NCBI RefSeq assembly: GCF_039654945.1 | Contig: NW_027361698.1 | Location: 22,382,001-22,446,000, forward strand | Origin: Dendrobates tinctorius | Taxonomy: Eukaryota | Direction: 5' to 3' | Length of the DNA: 64,000 nucleotides | In this document: positions 38,186-50,730 of the stretch, piece by piece | How positions within the stretch are numbered: position 1 is the stretch's first letter | How the letters are laid out: the number at the start of each line of letters is the position of its first letter | The notes under the pieces: model-generated | Database searches by the model: none | The model's input: the letters and a program-made list of their open reading frames with translations, nothing else | What the model was told of the DNA's origin: nothing | Program-made: the position numbers and the translations under genes

Positions 38186-39478
38186 ATGTTATATGTACTG
38201 TATGTCTATATGTATGTATTGTATGAATGTATTGTATGTATGTTGTATGTCTGTAACATGTTTTATGTATGTTGTATGTATGTAGTATGTATGTTGTATG
38301 AATGTAGTATGTATGTAGTATGTATGTAGCATGTTGTATGAATGTAGTATATATGAAGTATGTATGTAGTATGTATGTATGTTGTATGAATGTAGTATAG
38401 ATGAAGTATGTATGTAGTATGTAGTATGTATGTATATTGTATGAATGTAGTTTATATGTAGTATGTATGTATGCTGTTTGAATGTAGTATGTATGTTATA
38501 TGAATGTAGTATATATGAAGTATGTATGCAGTATGTATGTTGTATGAATGTAGTATGTACATATGTTGTATGAATGTAGTATATATGTAGTTTGTATGTA
38601 GTATGTACGTATGTTGTATGAATGTAGTATATATGAAGTATGTATGTAGTATGTTGTATGAATGTAGTATATATGAAGTATGTATGTAGCATGTAGTATG
38701 TATGTATGTTGTATGAATGTAGAATATATGAAGTATATATGTAGTATGTATGTATGTTTGAATGTAGTATATATTAAGTATGTATGTTGTATGAATGTAG
38801 TATATATGAAGTATAAATGTATGTATGTTGTATGAATGTAGTATATATGTAGTATGTACGTATGTTGTATGAATGTAGTATATATGTAGTATGTTGTATG
38901 AATGTAGTATATAAGATGTATGTAGTATGTAGTATGTATGTATATTGCATGAATGTAGTATATATGAAGTATGTATGTAGTATGTATGTATTTTGTTTGA
39001 ATGTAGTATATATGAAGCATGTATGTAGTATGTAAGTTGTATGAATGTAGTATATATGAAGTATGTATGTTGCATGAATGTAGTATATATGAAGTATGTA
39101 TGTAGTATGAATGCATGTTGTATGAATGTAGTATATATGTAGTATGTATGCAGCATGTACGTATGTTGTATGAATGTAGTATGTATGTAGTATGTTGTAT
39201 GAATGTAGTATATATGAAGTATGTATGTAGTATGTAGTATGTATGTATGTTGCATGAATGTAGTATATATGAAGTATGTATGTAGTATGTATGTTGTATG
39301 AATGTAGTATGTATGTAGTAAGTATGTTGTATGAATGTAGTATATATGAAGTATGTATGTAGTATGTATGTTGTATGAATGTAGTATATATGAAGTGTGT
39401 ATGTAGTATGTATGTATGTAGTATGTATGTATGTAGTATGTATGTAGTATATATGTAGTATGTATGTAGTATGTATGT
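38186..39478. repeat. Compound TATG/TGTA microsatellite (mirror of 37201-37700, expanded)
   Basis: Seen directly. Confidence 0.95.
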
Positions 39479-40468
39479 TTTTTTTTACATTCAACACATT
39501 AGCCGGATGATGGGACTACTACTGTCCCATCATTGGCTAATGTGTCAATCACTGTCATTGTAGCAGGCATAGCCCGATGGGACTTGTAGTCCCATCGGAC
39601 GATGCCTGCGCACACACACGCACAGACCCCCGGCAGCCCGCACAGACCCCCGGCAGGCCTGCACAGACCCCCGAGAGGCCCGTACAGACCCCGCCCACAC
39701 ACACACACGCACAGTGTCCGCCCACGCACTGCCCATACTCTTTCCCCCTCCTGAACTGGATGTACAAGTAAAGAAAGGGTTTTTTATTATTCCGATATTT
39801 CTGTCCCATTGACTTGAATGGGACTTCCGGTATCGGAATCGGCAATACCCGATACTTTTTGGGTATCGGCCGATCCAATCCAATCCGATATTTCTCAATA
39901 TTTGATGGTATCGCGCAACACTAGTCACGACTGGTACAGGAGGATGGGTGAGGATACAGTAGGTGAGGGTAGGGCTGGTTGTGCAGCGGTTTGGTGGATC
40001 GGTGGTTACTGCAGGTTGTAGGCTTGTCGGAAAAGGTAGGCACCCATACATTTTTAACAAATTTCCTTTAAGCTTATATAGCAACAAAATCTACCCTAGA
40101 ACATGTAAAAGTCTGTAGATGAGCAATATATTATACTGATCAATTTTTTAACAAGTTTTTTGAGGCTTATATATCAATGAACTGCAGGGCTGCCACTAGG
40201 ACTTTCGGGGTCCCATACTGGTAAAATTTTCGGGGCCCCCTTGAGACTCCGCCCAGGCTCCACCACAGTCCCGCCTCCACCCCTTGGATATGTCCAAAGT
40301 CCCACCGCTCTCTCTTGGCAAAACTCCACTTCTCACCAATCACACATTAACAGTTCCCATCACCAGATTACACATATAGTCGGCAGCTTTTGTTTTGGCC
40401 AAAAGATTTTTTAAGCCACCACCATAACACGGTAGACTCTTTTTGCCGTGCCCTAATCTACTGTTACC

Positions 40469-41242
40469 AAGATTCAAGATTCAAAGAAGCTTGATTGGCA
40501 GGACTAAATACACATTAGTTTTGCCAAAGCAAGTGTACAAAAGGGAATAGGGATAGGGACTGTAGGAATGTTGGGTAGGGGCTGTAGGAAAGGTGGGTGG
40601 GGGGCAGATCCAGGATGGGGCTATAGAAGTCCATGGCATAGGGAAGGTGAATGGGGGGCATGGGGCAGATCCAGGGTGGGGCCATAGAAGTCTATGGCAT
40701 ATCATAGTTCTCTTTCTCGCAGTCTATGACATTCGCTCACATATTGTGCTGCTATCTCCACTGCTCTCTCTTCTTCCCCCAGCAGGATATATGTTTTCTC
40801 TTCCTCCTTCATGGTGATGAAATCTGGGAAGAGATGTGAGAGTCTCCTGAAGTGAGTGTCCCTCACTGCTGAGTATTTGGAGCAGTGTAGCAGGAAGTGG
40901 GTCTCATCCTCCAGGGCCTCCAGGTCACAGTGTTGGCCCAGTCTTTCCTTCCTGGGCTTGTAGCTCTGCCTGTGTTGGCTGGATTCGATGGCCAGACTGT
41001 GGGCACTGAGTCTATACCGGCTCAGGATCTTGCGGTCTCTGGGGTCCGGGAGTTTCTCCAGGTATGGGGCCAGTCTGTAGTCTCTCTGTAGACTCCAGTA
41101 CATGGTCATTTTCTGTGAGCTGATGATGTCGTACTTCCAGTCACTTACGTACCTCTCCTGGCCTTCGTCTACCATCTTCCTGATTCCGGCTTTTGTCAGG
41201 TTGCTGTGATTGGTGTTCTGGTCAGGTTGGATTTTGGGTGGG
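40469..41242 (-). mobile_element. 5'-truncated LINE, probably RTE-X clade (C-terminal zinc knuckle, 3' UTR, TTGAATC tail)
   Basis: YRLSAHSLAIES...ERL..HC....EDETHFLLHC..Y..VR; TSD CTGTTACC (40461-40468, 41243-41250). Confidence 0.8.
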
Positions 41243-42339
41243 CTGTTACCTATTAAATATTTGTTAAAATATGTCATCCAGTTTAGGTATATTTTTATTT
41301 TTCAATTTTTAAAATGACCAATAATATCACATACAAGGGAAAAATACCACCGCACCATGTCCAGACCACATAGTGACCTATAATACCACACAGAATGAAC
41401 AAATACCGCCAGACCATGACCAGACCACATATTAACACCACAGTGACCGAATAATATCATATACAAGGAACAGCACTGCACCATGACCAGACCACATATT
41501 ACCACCACAGTGACTGAATACTACAATAATAATCAGTAATAAAAAAAAACATGATACTATCACCATAAGTGCCATTATACACATGAGATCTGTACTTAGT
41601 ATGCAGTGTCTGTGTATAGGTAATACAGTGATCAATGACATTATACACAGGGATTCTATACAGGGTATAGTGTCAGTATATAGGTAACACACTAACTCAC
41701 CAGTGACGTCTCTAGGTGAAGTCCTTCATCTTTGTTTTTCATCTTTCATCCAGCACAGATCGCCATCACGTCTTCCAGCCAGGGCTCGTCTCTGCAGGAA
41801 ATAACACAGTTACCTAGAGCTCCGCTTGCAGAACACATTACTTATTTTTCCCAACTTCTACATTGCATCACATGAAGAAAAAAAGGCAACATAGTATCAC
41901 TCTACACAGTAACAGTACCGCCCCCCCATTTAAAACAGTACACTCAAAAAATAAAATAAATACATCACTACAGTTATAATATCCCTTAATTAGACCCTGT
42001 GGTAATAATATCCCCCATCCTAGCCCCTGTGTGTCTCATTCCTGGATTCAGCCATACGTTCTCCCATCCCACCCTCATGAGTATCCATTCTGCCCCATAT
42101 GATCTCCCCATCCTGCCCCATCTGTCTCCATCGTATCCATCCTTCCCCATGATCCTGCACGATCGGTCTCCAACCCTGCCCCATCTGTCTCCAATCCTGC
42201 CCCCAGTGTCTCCAGTCATGCCCCCATGTCTTTGATCCTACCCCCTGTGTCTCCAATCATGCCCCGTATCTCCATTCTGCCCCGTGTCTCCAATCATGCC
42301 CCGTATCTCATTCTGCCCCTTCCTGTGTCTCACTGTCAC

Positions 42340-43260
42340 ATTCTGCCCCCATCGTGTCCAGCATTCTGCCCCCATCATGTCCAGCATTCTGCCCCATCGT
42401 GTCCAGCATTCTGCCCTATCATGAACAGCAATCTGCCCCATCGTGTCCAGCATTCTGCCCCATCGTGTCCAGCATTCTGCCAATCGTGTCCAGCATTCTG
42501 CCCCCATCATGTCCAGCATTCTGCCCCCATCATGTCCAGCATTCTGCCCCCATCATGTCCAGCATTCTGCCCCATCGTCATCAGCATTCTGCCCCATTGT
42601 CACCAGCATTCTGCCCCCATAGTGTCCAGCAATCTGCCCAGCATTTTGCCCCCATTGTCACCAGCCTTCTGCCCCATCGTGTCCAGCATTCTGCCCCATC
42701 GTGTCCAGCATTCTGACCCCATAGTGTCCAGCATTCTGCCCCATCGTGTCCAGCATTCTGCCCCATCATGTCCAGCATTCTACCCCCATCGTGTCCAGCA
42801 TTCTGCACCCATCGTCACCAGCATTCTGTCCCATCGTCACCAGCATTCTGCCCACATAGTGTCCAGCAATCTGCCCCATTGTGTCCAGCATTCTGCCCCC
42901 ATTGTCACCAGTGTTCTTCCCCATCGTCACCAGCATTCTGCCCCATCGTCACCAGCATTCTGCCCCATTGTGTCCAGCATTCTGCCCCCATAGTGTCCAG
43001 CATTCTGCCCCCATCGTCACCAGCATTCTGCCCCCATCGTCACCAGCATTCTGCCCCCATCGTCACCAGCATTCTGCCCCCATCATCACCAGCATTCTGC
43101 CCCATTGTCACCAGCATTCTGCCCCCATCGTGTCCAGCATTCTGCCCCATTGTGTCCAGCATTCTGCCCCCATTGTCACCAGCATTCTGCCCCATCGTGT
43201 CCAGCATTCTGCCCCATCGTCACCAGCATTCTGCCCCCATCGTCACCAGCATTCTGCCCC
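42340..43260. repeat. 22/23-bp minisatellite CAGCATTCTGCCCC(C)ATCGT(GTC/CAC), ~40 copies
   Basis: Seen directly; preceded by related degenerate units at 42100-42340. Confidence 0.95.
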
Positions 43261-45714
43261 TGATACCCCATATGTGGGAGAAAACTACTGTATGGGCCCA
43301 CGTCGGGGCTCGGAAGGGAAGTAGTGACATTTTGGAATGCAGATTTTGATGGAATGGTCTGCGGGTGTCATGTTGCCTTTGGAGATCCCCTAATGTATGT
43401 AAACAGTGGAAACCCCCCACAAATGACACCATTTTGGAAACTAGACCCTCTAAGGAACTTATCTAGATGTGTGGTGAACACTTTGAACCCCCAAGGGCTT
43501 CACAGAAGTTTATAATTCCCGGGCGTGAAAATAAAAAAATCATATTTTTTCCACAAACATGATCATTTAGTCCCCAATTTTTTAAATTTCCCAAGGGTAC
43601 CAGGAGAAAATGGACCCCAAAAGTTGTTGTCCAATTTGTCCTGAGTACCCTGATACCCCATATGCGGGAGAAAACTACTGTATGGGCCCACATCGGGGCT
43701 CGGAAGGGAAGTAGTGACGTTTTGGAATGCAGTCTTTGATGGAATGCTCTGCGGGTGTCATGTTGCCTTTGGAGAGCCCCTAATGTACCTAAACAGTGGA
43801 ACTCCCCACAAGTGACCCCATTTTGGAAGCTAGACCCCCCCACGGAACTTATCTAGATGTGTGGTGAGCACTTTGAACCCCCAAGGGCTTCACAGAAGTT
43901 TATAATGCCCGGGTGTGAAAATAAAAAAAATCATATTTAATTCCCACAAAAATGATATTTTTGCCCCCAAATTTTTATTTTCCTAAGGGCAACAGGAGAA
44001 ATAGGACCCCAAAAGTTGTTTTGCAATTTATCCTGAGTACCCCATATGTGGGGGTAAAACACTGTTTGGGCGCATGGCAGCGCTTGGAAGAGAAGGAGCA
44101 CCATTTGACTTTTTCAATGCAGAATTGGCTGGAATTGAGATCAGATGCCATGTTGCATTTGGAGAGCACCTGATGTGCCCAGCAGTGGAAACTCCCCAAT
44201 TCTAACTCCAACCCTAACCCCAACACACCTCTAACCCTAATCTCAGCCCTAACCCTAGACCCAACCCTAGCCCTAGCCCTAACCCTAGCCCTAGCCCTAA
44301 CCCTAATGGGAAAATGGAAATAAATACATTTTTTTTAATTTTATTATTTTTCCCTAACTAAGGGGGTGATAACGGGGGGTTTGATATACTATTTATGGCG
44401 GTTTTTATTTTTGGCAGCTGTCACACGCTAAAAGACGCTTTTTATTGTAAAAATAGTTTTTGCATCACCACATATTGAGAGCTATAATTTTTCCATATTT
44501 TGACCCACTGAGTCATGTGAGGTCTTATTTTTTGTGGGACGAGTTGACGTTTTTATTGGTATCATGTTTGGACATGTGACATTTTTTGATCGCTTTTTAT
44601 TCCGATTTTTGGGACGCAGAATGAACAAAAACCAGCATTTCATGAATTTCTTTTGGGGGGGTGCGTTTACAGCGTTCTGCATGCGGTAAAATTGATAAAG
44701 CGATTTTATTGTTCGGGTCAGTACGGTTATAGCGATACCTCATTTATGTCTTTTTTTATGTTTTGGCGCTTTTATGCAATAAAAACAATTTTATATAAAA
44801 AATAATTATTTTTGCATCGCTTTAATCTGCGAGCTATAACTTTTTTATTTTTTCTCTGATGATGCTGTGTGGCAGCTCATTTTTTGTGGGATAAGATGAC
44901 GTTTGATCGCGTGTTATTGCACTTTTTGTTCGGCAGTATGATAATAAATCATTATTTTTTGCTTCGTTTTTTATTTTTATTTTTTAAGGGGTTCGCTAAA
45001 GGGGTTAACTAATGGGAAAGTTTTATAGGGCAGGTCGTTACGGACGCGGCGATACCAAATATGTGTACTTTTACTGTGGTTTTTTTTTTTTTATTTCCAA
45101 AAAATGAATTTATTAGGGAATATTTTTTTTTTAAATTTATTTAGCGATTTTTAAAAAAATAATTTTTACACTTTTTCTTTTTTAACTTTATTAGGTTGTC
45201 CCAGGAAGGACATCACTGTCCTGTGACAGATCGCTGATGACAGATCAGCAATCTGTCACAGGCAGTACAGAAGGCTTCCTCATGCCTGCGCTTTGCAGGC
45301 ACTGAGGAAGCCAGCTCCCTGCAGGCCCCCGAAGGTCCCCGTCGCCATCTTGGATCCGGGGACCTGCAGGGAAAGAGCCCCCCGCAGCAGCGCTGCACAT
45401 TGCGCTGCTGTGGGCAGCTCAGGAAAGCACGGAGGGAGCCCCCCTCCCTACCGATGATTCCCTTTAACCCCCTGTACACCGCGATCATGTTTGATCACGG
45501 TGTGCAAGGGGTTAACGTGTCGGGGGCGGTCTGTGACTGCCCCTGACACATAGTGCCGGGTGTCAGCTGTGATAATCAGCTGACACCCGGCCGCGATCAG
45601 CGGCGCTCACCAAGTGGGCGCCGCTGATCGCCCTAGACGTACTATCCCGTCCATGGGCATAGGGGCCCGGGTCCCATGGACGGGATAGTACGTCTGATCT
45701 CAGAAAGGGGTTAA
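43261..45714 (+). mobile_element. Right part of a large piggyBac-like (TTAA) non-autonomous element with a 390-bp internal duplication and CCCTAA repeats
   Basis: TGATACCCCATATG at 43261 and 43651; (CCCTAR)n at 44200-44306; ends AAAGGGGTTAA. Confidence 0.65.
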
Positions 45715-47186
45715 GGCTTATAAAGCGGCAAAATGTACGCAAGAAGATATAGTACTCTACGGATGAGCAATATAGTACTGATACATTTTTCAACAAGTTT
45801 CTTGAGAGTTATATGCTAAGGAAATGTACTCCATATCACGGAATAATCTATAGGTGAGCATTATAATACAATACATTTTTTACCAAGGTTTTTGAGACTT
45901 TTATGGCAAATAAATGTACCCAGGAAGATATAATACCCTGCAGGTGAGCAATATGATACCAATAATTTTTAAACAAGTTTTTGAGGCTTATATAACAGCT
46001 AAATGTACCCAAGAAGATGTAATACACTATGGGTGAGCAATATAATACCGATAAATTTTTTACCATGTTTGTTGAGGTTTTGATACCAACAAAATGTACC
46101 ACGTATCAGAGAATAGTCTATAGTAAGAATGATAATATAGATACATTTTTTACCAAGTTTTTTGTGGCTCTTATAGCAACAAAATTTACTAAAGAAGATG
46201 TAATACCCTGTGGGCAAGTAGTATAATACCAATAAATTTAAACAAGTTTTTGGAGGCTTTTATAGTGAATAAATGTACCCAAGAAGATGTAATACCTTAT
46301 GGACGAGCAGTATGATACCAATAAATTTTGAACAAGGTTTTGAGTTTTATATAGCAAGAAAATGTACCCAAGAATATATAATACCCTATGGATGGGTAAT
46401 ATAATATTGATACATTTTTTCGACAAGTTTCTTGAGGGTTGCATACCAACCAAATGTACTCAATACCACGGAATAGTCTATGGGTGAGCAGTATATTACC
46501 GATAAATTTTTTAACAAGTTTTTTGAGGGTTTTATAGAAACATAATCCACCCAAGAAGATGTAGTACACTATGGGTGAGCAATATAATATCAATACATTT
46601 TGAACAAGTTTTTAGAGGATTTTACAGCAACGAACTATACCCAAGAATATGTGCTACCCTATGGGTGAGCAATATAATACCGATACATTTTTAACCATGT
46701 TTTTGAGGCTTTGATACCAACGGAATGTACTTCATACCAGAGAATAGACTATAGGTGAGCATTATAATACAGATTCATTTTTTACCAAGTTTTTTGTGGC
46801 TTTTATAGTAACAAAATGTACCAAAGAAGATGTTATACCCTGTGGGCGAGCAGTATAATACAGATAAATTTGGAACAAGTTTTTGGAGGTTTATACCGTA
46901 TAGCGACTAAATGTACCCAAGAAGATGTAATACCCTATGGATGAGCAATATGATACCAATAAATCTTGAACAAATTTTGGAGCCTTATGTAGCAACAAAC
47001 TGTACCCAAGAAGATGTAATACCCTATGGATGAGAAATCTAATAATGATAAATTTTGAACAAGTTTTTTTGAGGGTTATATGCCAAGGAAATGTACTCAA
47101 GACCACAGAATATTCTATGGTTGATCAATATAATAACAATAACACTTTGAACAATGTACTCCAAAACACGGAATAGTGTATGGGTA
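45715..47186. repeat. ~89-bp AT-rich satellite (~16 units); displaced pieces at 36325-36460 and 40051-40180
   Basis: Recurrent AAATGTACCCAAGAAGATGTAATACCCTATGGGTGAGCAATAT. Confidence 0.9.
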
Positions 47187-47549
47187 AGAAATGTGAAGAA
47201 ACAAGGAAAATTTTCAAACTCTATTTTCTACTGTTATAAACCACCAAAATATAATAGAAAGCACCTAGTATTGTATGGATGAGTAATTTAATCCTGAACT
47301 ATTTTTCTATGCTTTTTGTAAGTTTTACATACCACCATAATGCAACAATAACTGTGTTAAACTTTATGGATAGCCAATAAATCCATGACAAAATTTTGAA
47401 TGAAAATATTTTGAAAGTGTAGATAATATACTTATACAGGCATAAATGCTTTTCAGAAAGTGCAAAGCCAGACAGGAATTGTGAGGATGGTCATCCATAG
47501 ACCCCTGAAAGGCAACAACTGGTGGGCCTCATTAAAATATTGAATATTA

Positions 47550-49450
47550 TAAACAAATATGTGCTGCTGTCATCTGGTGGTGTGGAAAAGTGTGGGCTGA
47601 TCCAGGCTTTGCCCATTTTTATGAAAGTGAGCCTGTCTGCATTCTATGTTGACAGGTGTAATTGCCTATTTGTTATGACCCCCCAGGTTGCACTAAAAAC
47701 CCACTTAGGCAAGACGCAGGTTGTAGGACAATTAAATTTCATGTTTAATTGTGAGCAGTGGCTCAGAAGCAGGATAGTTGCATTGACTATGACGTCATCG
47801 CCTCTCACCATCTTTTTAGAGTCCTCAAAGTCTTGGAGAACCACACAAATGTCAGACATTCATGCCCACTCTTCAGTTGTTATGTGCGAAGACTGGCCAG
47901 AATATCGACGGGCATGTTGGAGCTAGTACTCAACCTCTGGCCTCTTGTGCTCACAAATCCTTGCCAACAAGTGCAGTGAAGAAGTGAACACGAAACATGC
48001 ATTGGAGTAGAGGAAAACAGTACCAGAACTCGCAGCAGCACACCGGATACTTTTTGAAGTCCAACAGAAATAGGTAAACAATTCCTTTCCTATTTTGTGG
48101 TTCATTTTTTTACTTTGTAGTAGGCAATCAGCCACACTGGGCACATATTGTAAAACCTATTCAAACAAGAATGGGATTGTTCTAATAGGATTACATTATA
48201 CACAACTGTTTACAAATGTGTTTTTTTTCAGGCATGTCTTCCCTGACACAAGAAGCATCTTGGCATTATTAAATTCTGTCTAAACTTTGTGATTTATTAC
48301 TGATGATTTTAAAGTATACCAATAAAATATTATAATATTATAATATTTTTTAATCAAAACATCTTTGTAAGTGGTTATCTTCGTATGCTCTGGGCAATTA
48401 CTTGCTTTTAGATCGTACCTTTGATTTTCTCTCAGTATGTCTATGATACCACAGTACTTGGACTTTTTCTTTTGATGATTTCAAATGTTCATCCAGTGTT
48501 CCTTCACGGAAATGTAGCGTCACTGGCCACAAGCTCTTGTCCACATGTTGGTCATTAATTTGACAATGCTAGTAAGTGCGTTAGTAAGGGCACCTGTGAT
48601 GTACCTGGACATGTGCTGGTACAAGGCAGGGATGTCACACCTGGAAGCTGAGGACCAAGTACCAAGAGATGGCTGCCACCATAAGTCGGTGGAAATCCTC
48701 TTTATCTACCAACCTAAATGGCAACATTTCCATGGCAAGCAGCCTGGAAATGTGCCGTTTAGCATTTGGGCCTGTGAGTGGGTGGCTGGGAACTTTCTTT
48801 TTCATTCCATGGCCTGGGCTAAGGACATCTGAACTCTAGGCTGGCACAATAATTTGGAAGTCACTGATGGTAAGTCAGATTTTGCAAGGATAGGTGAAAG
48901 GCAGAAGGCATTTGCGCCAGTGTTTTGGACAGAGGATTGGGAAGCATCTATAACAGGGGAAAAGGCAGTGGTGTCACCTTTTGGCACCAATCATGGACCC
49001 AAGAGTTCGACCCACCGAGTCAGGTGCTTAGATGGAATGTGCCTGATCATGCGGGTGGTGGTTAGGTTCTTAGTGGTCAGGCCCCTGTTGATCTTTGCAT
49101 GGCATAGTTTGCAAATGGCCATTTTGTTTGTCTGAGAACTCTCTTTAAAAAAGTCCCATGCTGGGCAACACCTAATTTTTTGATGGCGAAATCCAGGACT
49201 TATGGTCCACTGTGGAGCAATTGCCCACCTTCTCTCTCTGGTCACCCCACTGCTTTTTCCATTCTGTTTTGGTGCTGCCTATCCCCCTCAGCACTGCTAG
49301 CCACGCTCTGCATACTAGCTTCCCAGGTTGGGTTGATGACTTTGTCATCCATTAGCTCATCTTCCTCCATTGAAACCCTGGTCCTCCTGACTTCGTGACT
49401 TAATAACAAGTCTTAGCTGCAACTGTGTCTCATCATGTTCCTCCTCCTTA
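47550..49450 (-). pseudogene. hAT (ZBED-like) transposase relic of the inner element
   Basis: PAWDFFKES...AICKLCHAKINRG...TTTRMIRH..SKH; MSDICVVLQDFEDS.KMV.GDD; inverted homology to 51650-52500. Confidence 0.85.
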
Positions 49451-49744
49451 TCCTAAATTGGCCATTCCCCACCATCATGTTCTTGTAGCCATGGCTGCTC
49501 TTAATTTTGTGCATCACTAAACAGCATATTGACCTGTCCCTCTTGGAGCTATGACTGACCATTTATTTTTAAACATTGGCAATTCTGCACTATATTTTCA
49601 AAAATGCCTATTAACCCACTAGCTACCAGTGGCCCTTAACAATACAACAATATTGCAAAACCCCTTTCAATACCCATGGTTAAGGGCCTCAGTGTAGGTT
49701 ATCTACCTTATGGTATACCAGCTCCATACTCCAATTTACCCTAC

Positions 49745-50730
49745 ACAAAGTAACATTGTATGTCTGAGAAATGAAGGCCTACAAAATTTTTAAAAACTTT
49801 TTAGCAGTTTTACAGACCACAGAAATATTCCCAGACCAAGTAACACTGTATCTCTGAGAAATGGAAGCCTGCAACATTTTGAAAAGCTTTTTACCAGTTT
49901 AAGAGATCACATAAATGTTCACAGATCACATAACACTGTATGTCTGAGAAATGGAGGCCTACAAACTTTTTTAAAGCTTTTTAGCAGTTTTACATATCAC
50001 AGAAATGTTCACAGACTACATAACACAGCATATATGAAAAATGGAAGCCTTCAAAATTTTTAAAAGATTATGTTCACATTTATAGATGACAGAAATGTTC
50101 ACAGTCCACATAATACTGTATGTCTGAGAAATGGAAGCCTACAAAATTTTTAAAAGCTTTTGTTCACTTTTAGAGATCTCAGAAATGTTTGCAGACCATG
50201 TAACACTGTGTGTCTGAGAAATGGAAGTGTACAAAATTTTTAAAAACTTTTTAGCAGTTTTACAGACCACAGAAATATTCACAGACCAAGTAACACTGTA
50301 TCTCTGAGAAATGGAAGCCTGCAACATTTTTAAAAGCTTTTTAGCAGTTTAAGTGATCACATAAATGTTCACAGACCACATAACACTGTATGTCTGAGAA
50401 ATGGAGGCCTAAAAACTTTTTTAAAGCTTTTTAGCAGTTTTACACATCACAGAAATGTTCACAGACTACATAACACTGCATATATGAAAAATGGAAGCCT
50501 TCAAAATTTTTAAAAGATTATGTTCACTTTTATAGATCACAGAAATGTTCACAGACCATGTAACACTGTGTGTCTGAGAAATGGAAGTGAACAAAATTTT
50601 TATAAGCTTTTTAGCAGTTTTGCATATCACAGAACTGTTCATAGACCACGTAATACTGTATGTCAGAGAAATGGTAGCCTGAAAATTTTTTAAACGCTTT
50701 TGTTCACTTTTAAAGATCACAGAAATTAAC
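49745..50730. repeat. 90-bp satellite (11 units) with 450-bp higher-order periodicity
   Basis: GAGAAATGG recurs every 90 bp; variant units at 49841/50291 and 50021/50471 match. Confidence 0.92.

Larger units (their letters stand above)
36568..39923. mobile_element. 3.36-kb foldback-like non-autonomous hAT element
   Basis: 8-bp TSD GTCACGAC; termini TAGTGTTGAGC / GCGCAACACTA. Mirror arms of GC minisatellite, unique block, CATA microsatellite and unique block around a ~200-bp centre. Confidence 0.9.
36461..40050 (-). mobile_element. L2-type 3' tail fragment (36461-36567 plus 39932-40050) split by the foldback hAT
   Basis: (TTA)n tail and GTGCCATTTATTCCATGGTGCTTTACATGTG, the reverse complement of 27655-27690. 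Confidence 0.7.

Noticed and set aside
36547-39497. His/Tyr/Ile/Thr-rich and Gly/Cys-rich ORFs
   Set aside because: Micro- and minisatellite translations open in several frames.
40540-40690. G-run repeats as a G-quadruplex regulatory element
   Set aside because: Part of the LINE 3' UTR; nothing in the sequence indicates function.
42226-43349. Pro/Ser/His-rich ORFs
   Set aside because: Translations of the 22/23-bp minisatellite.
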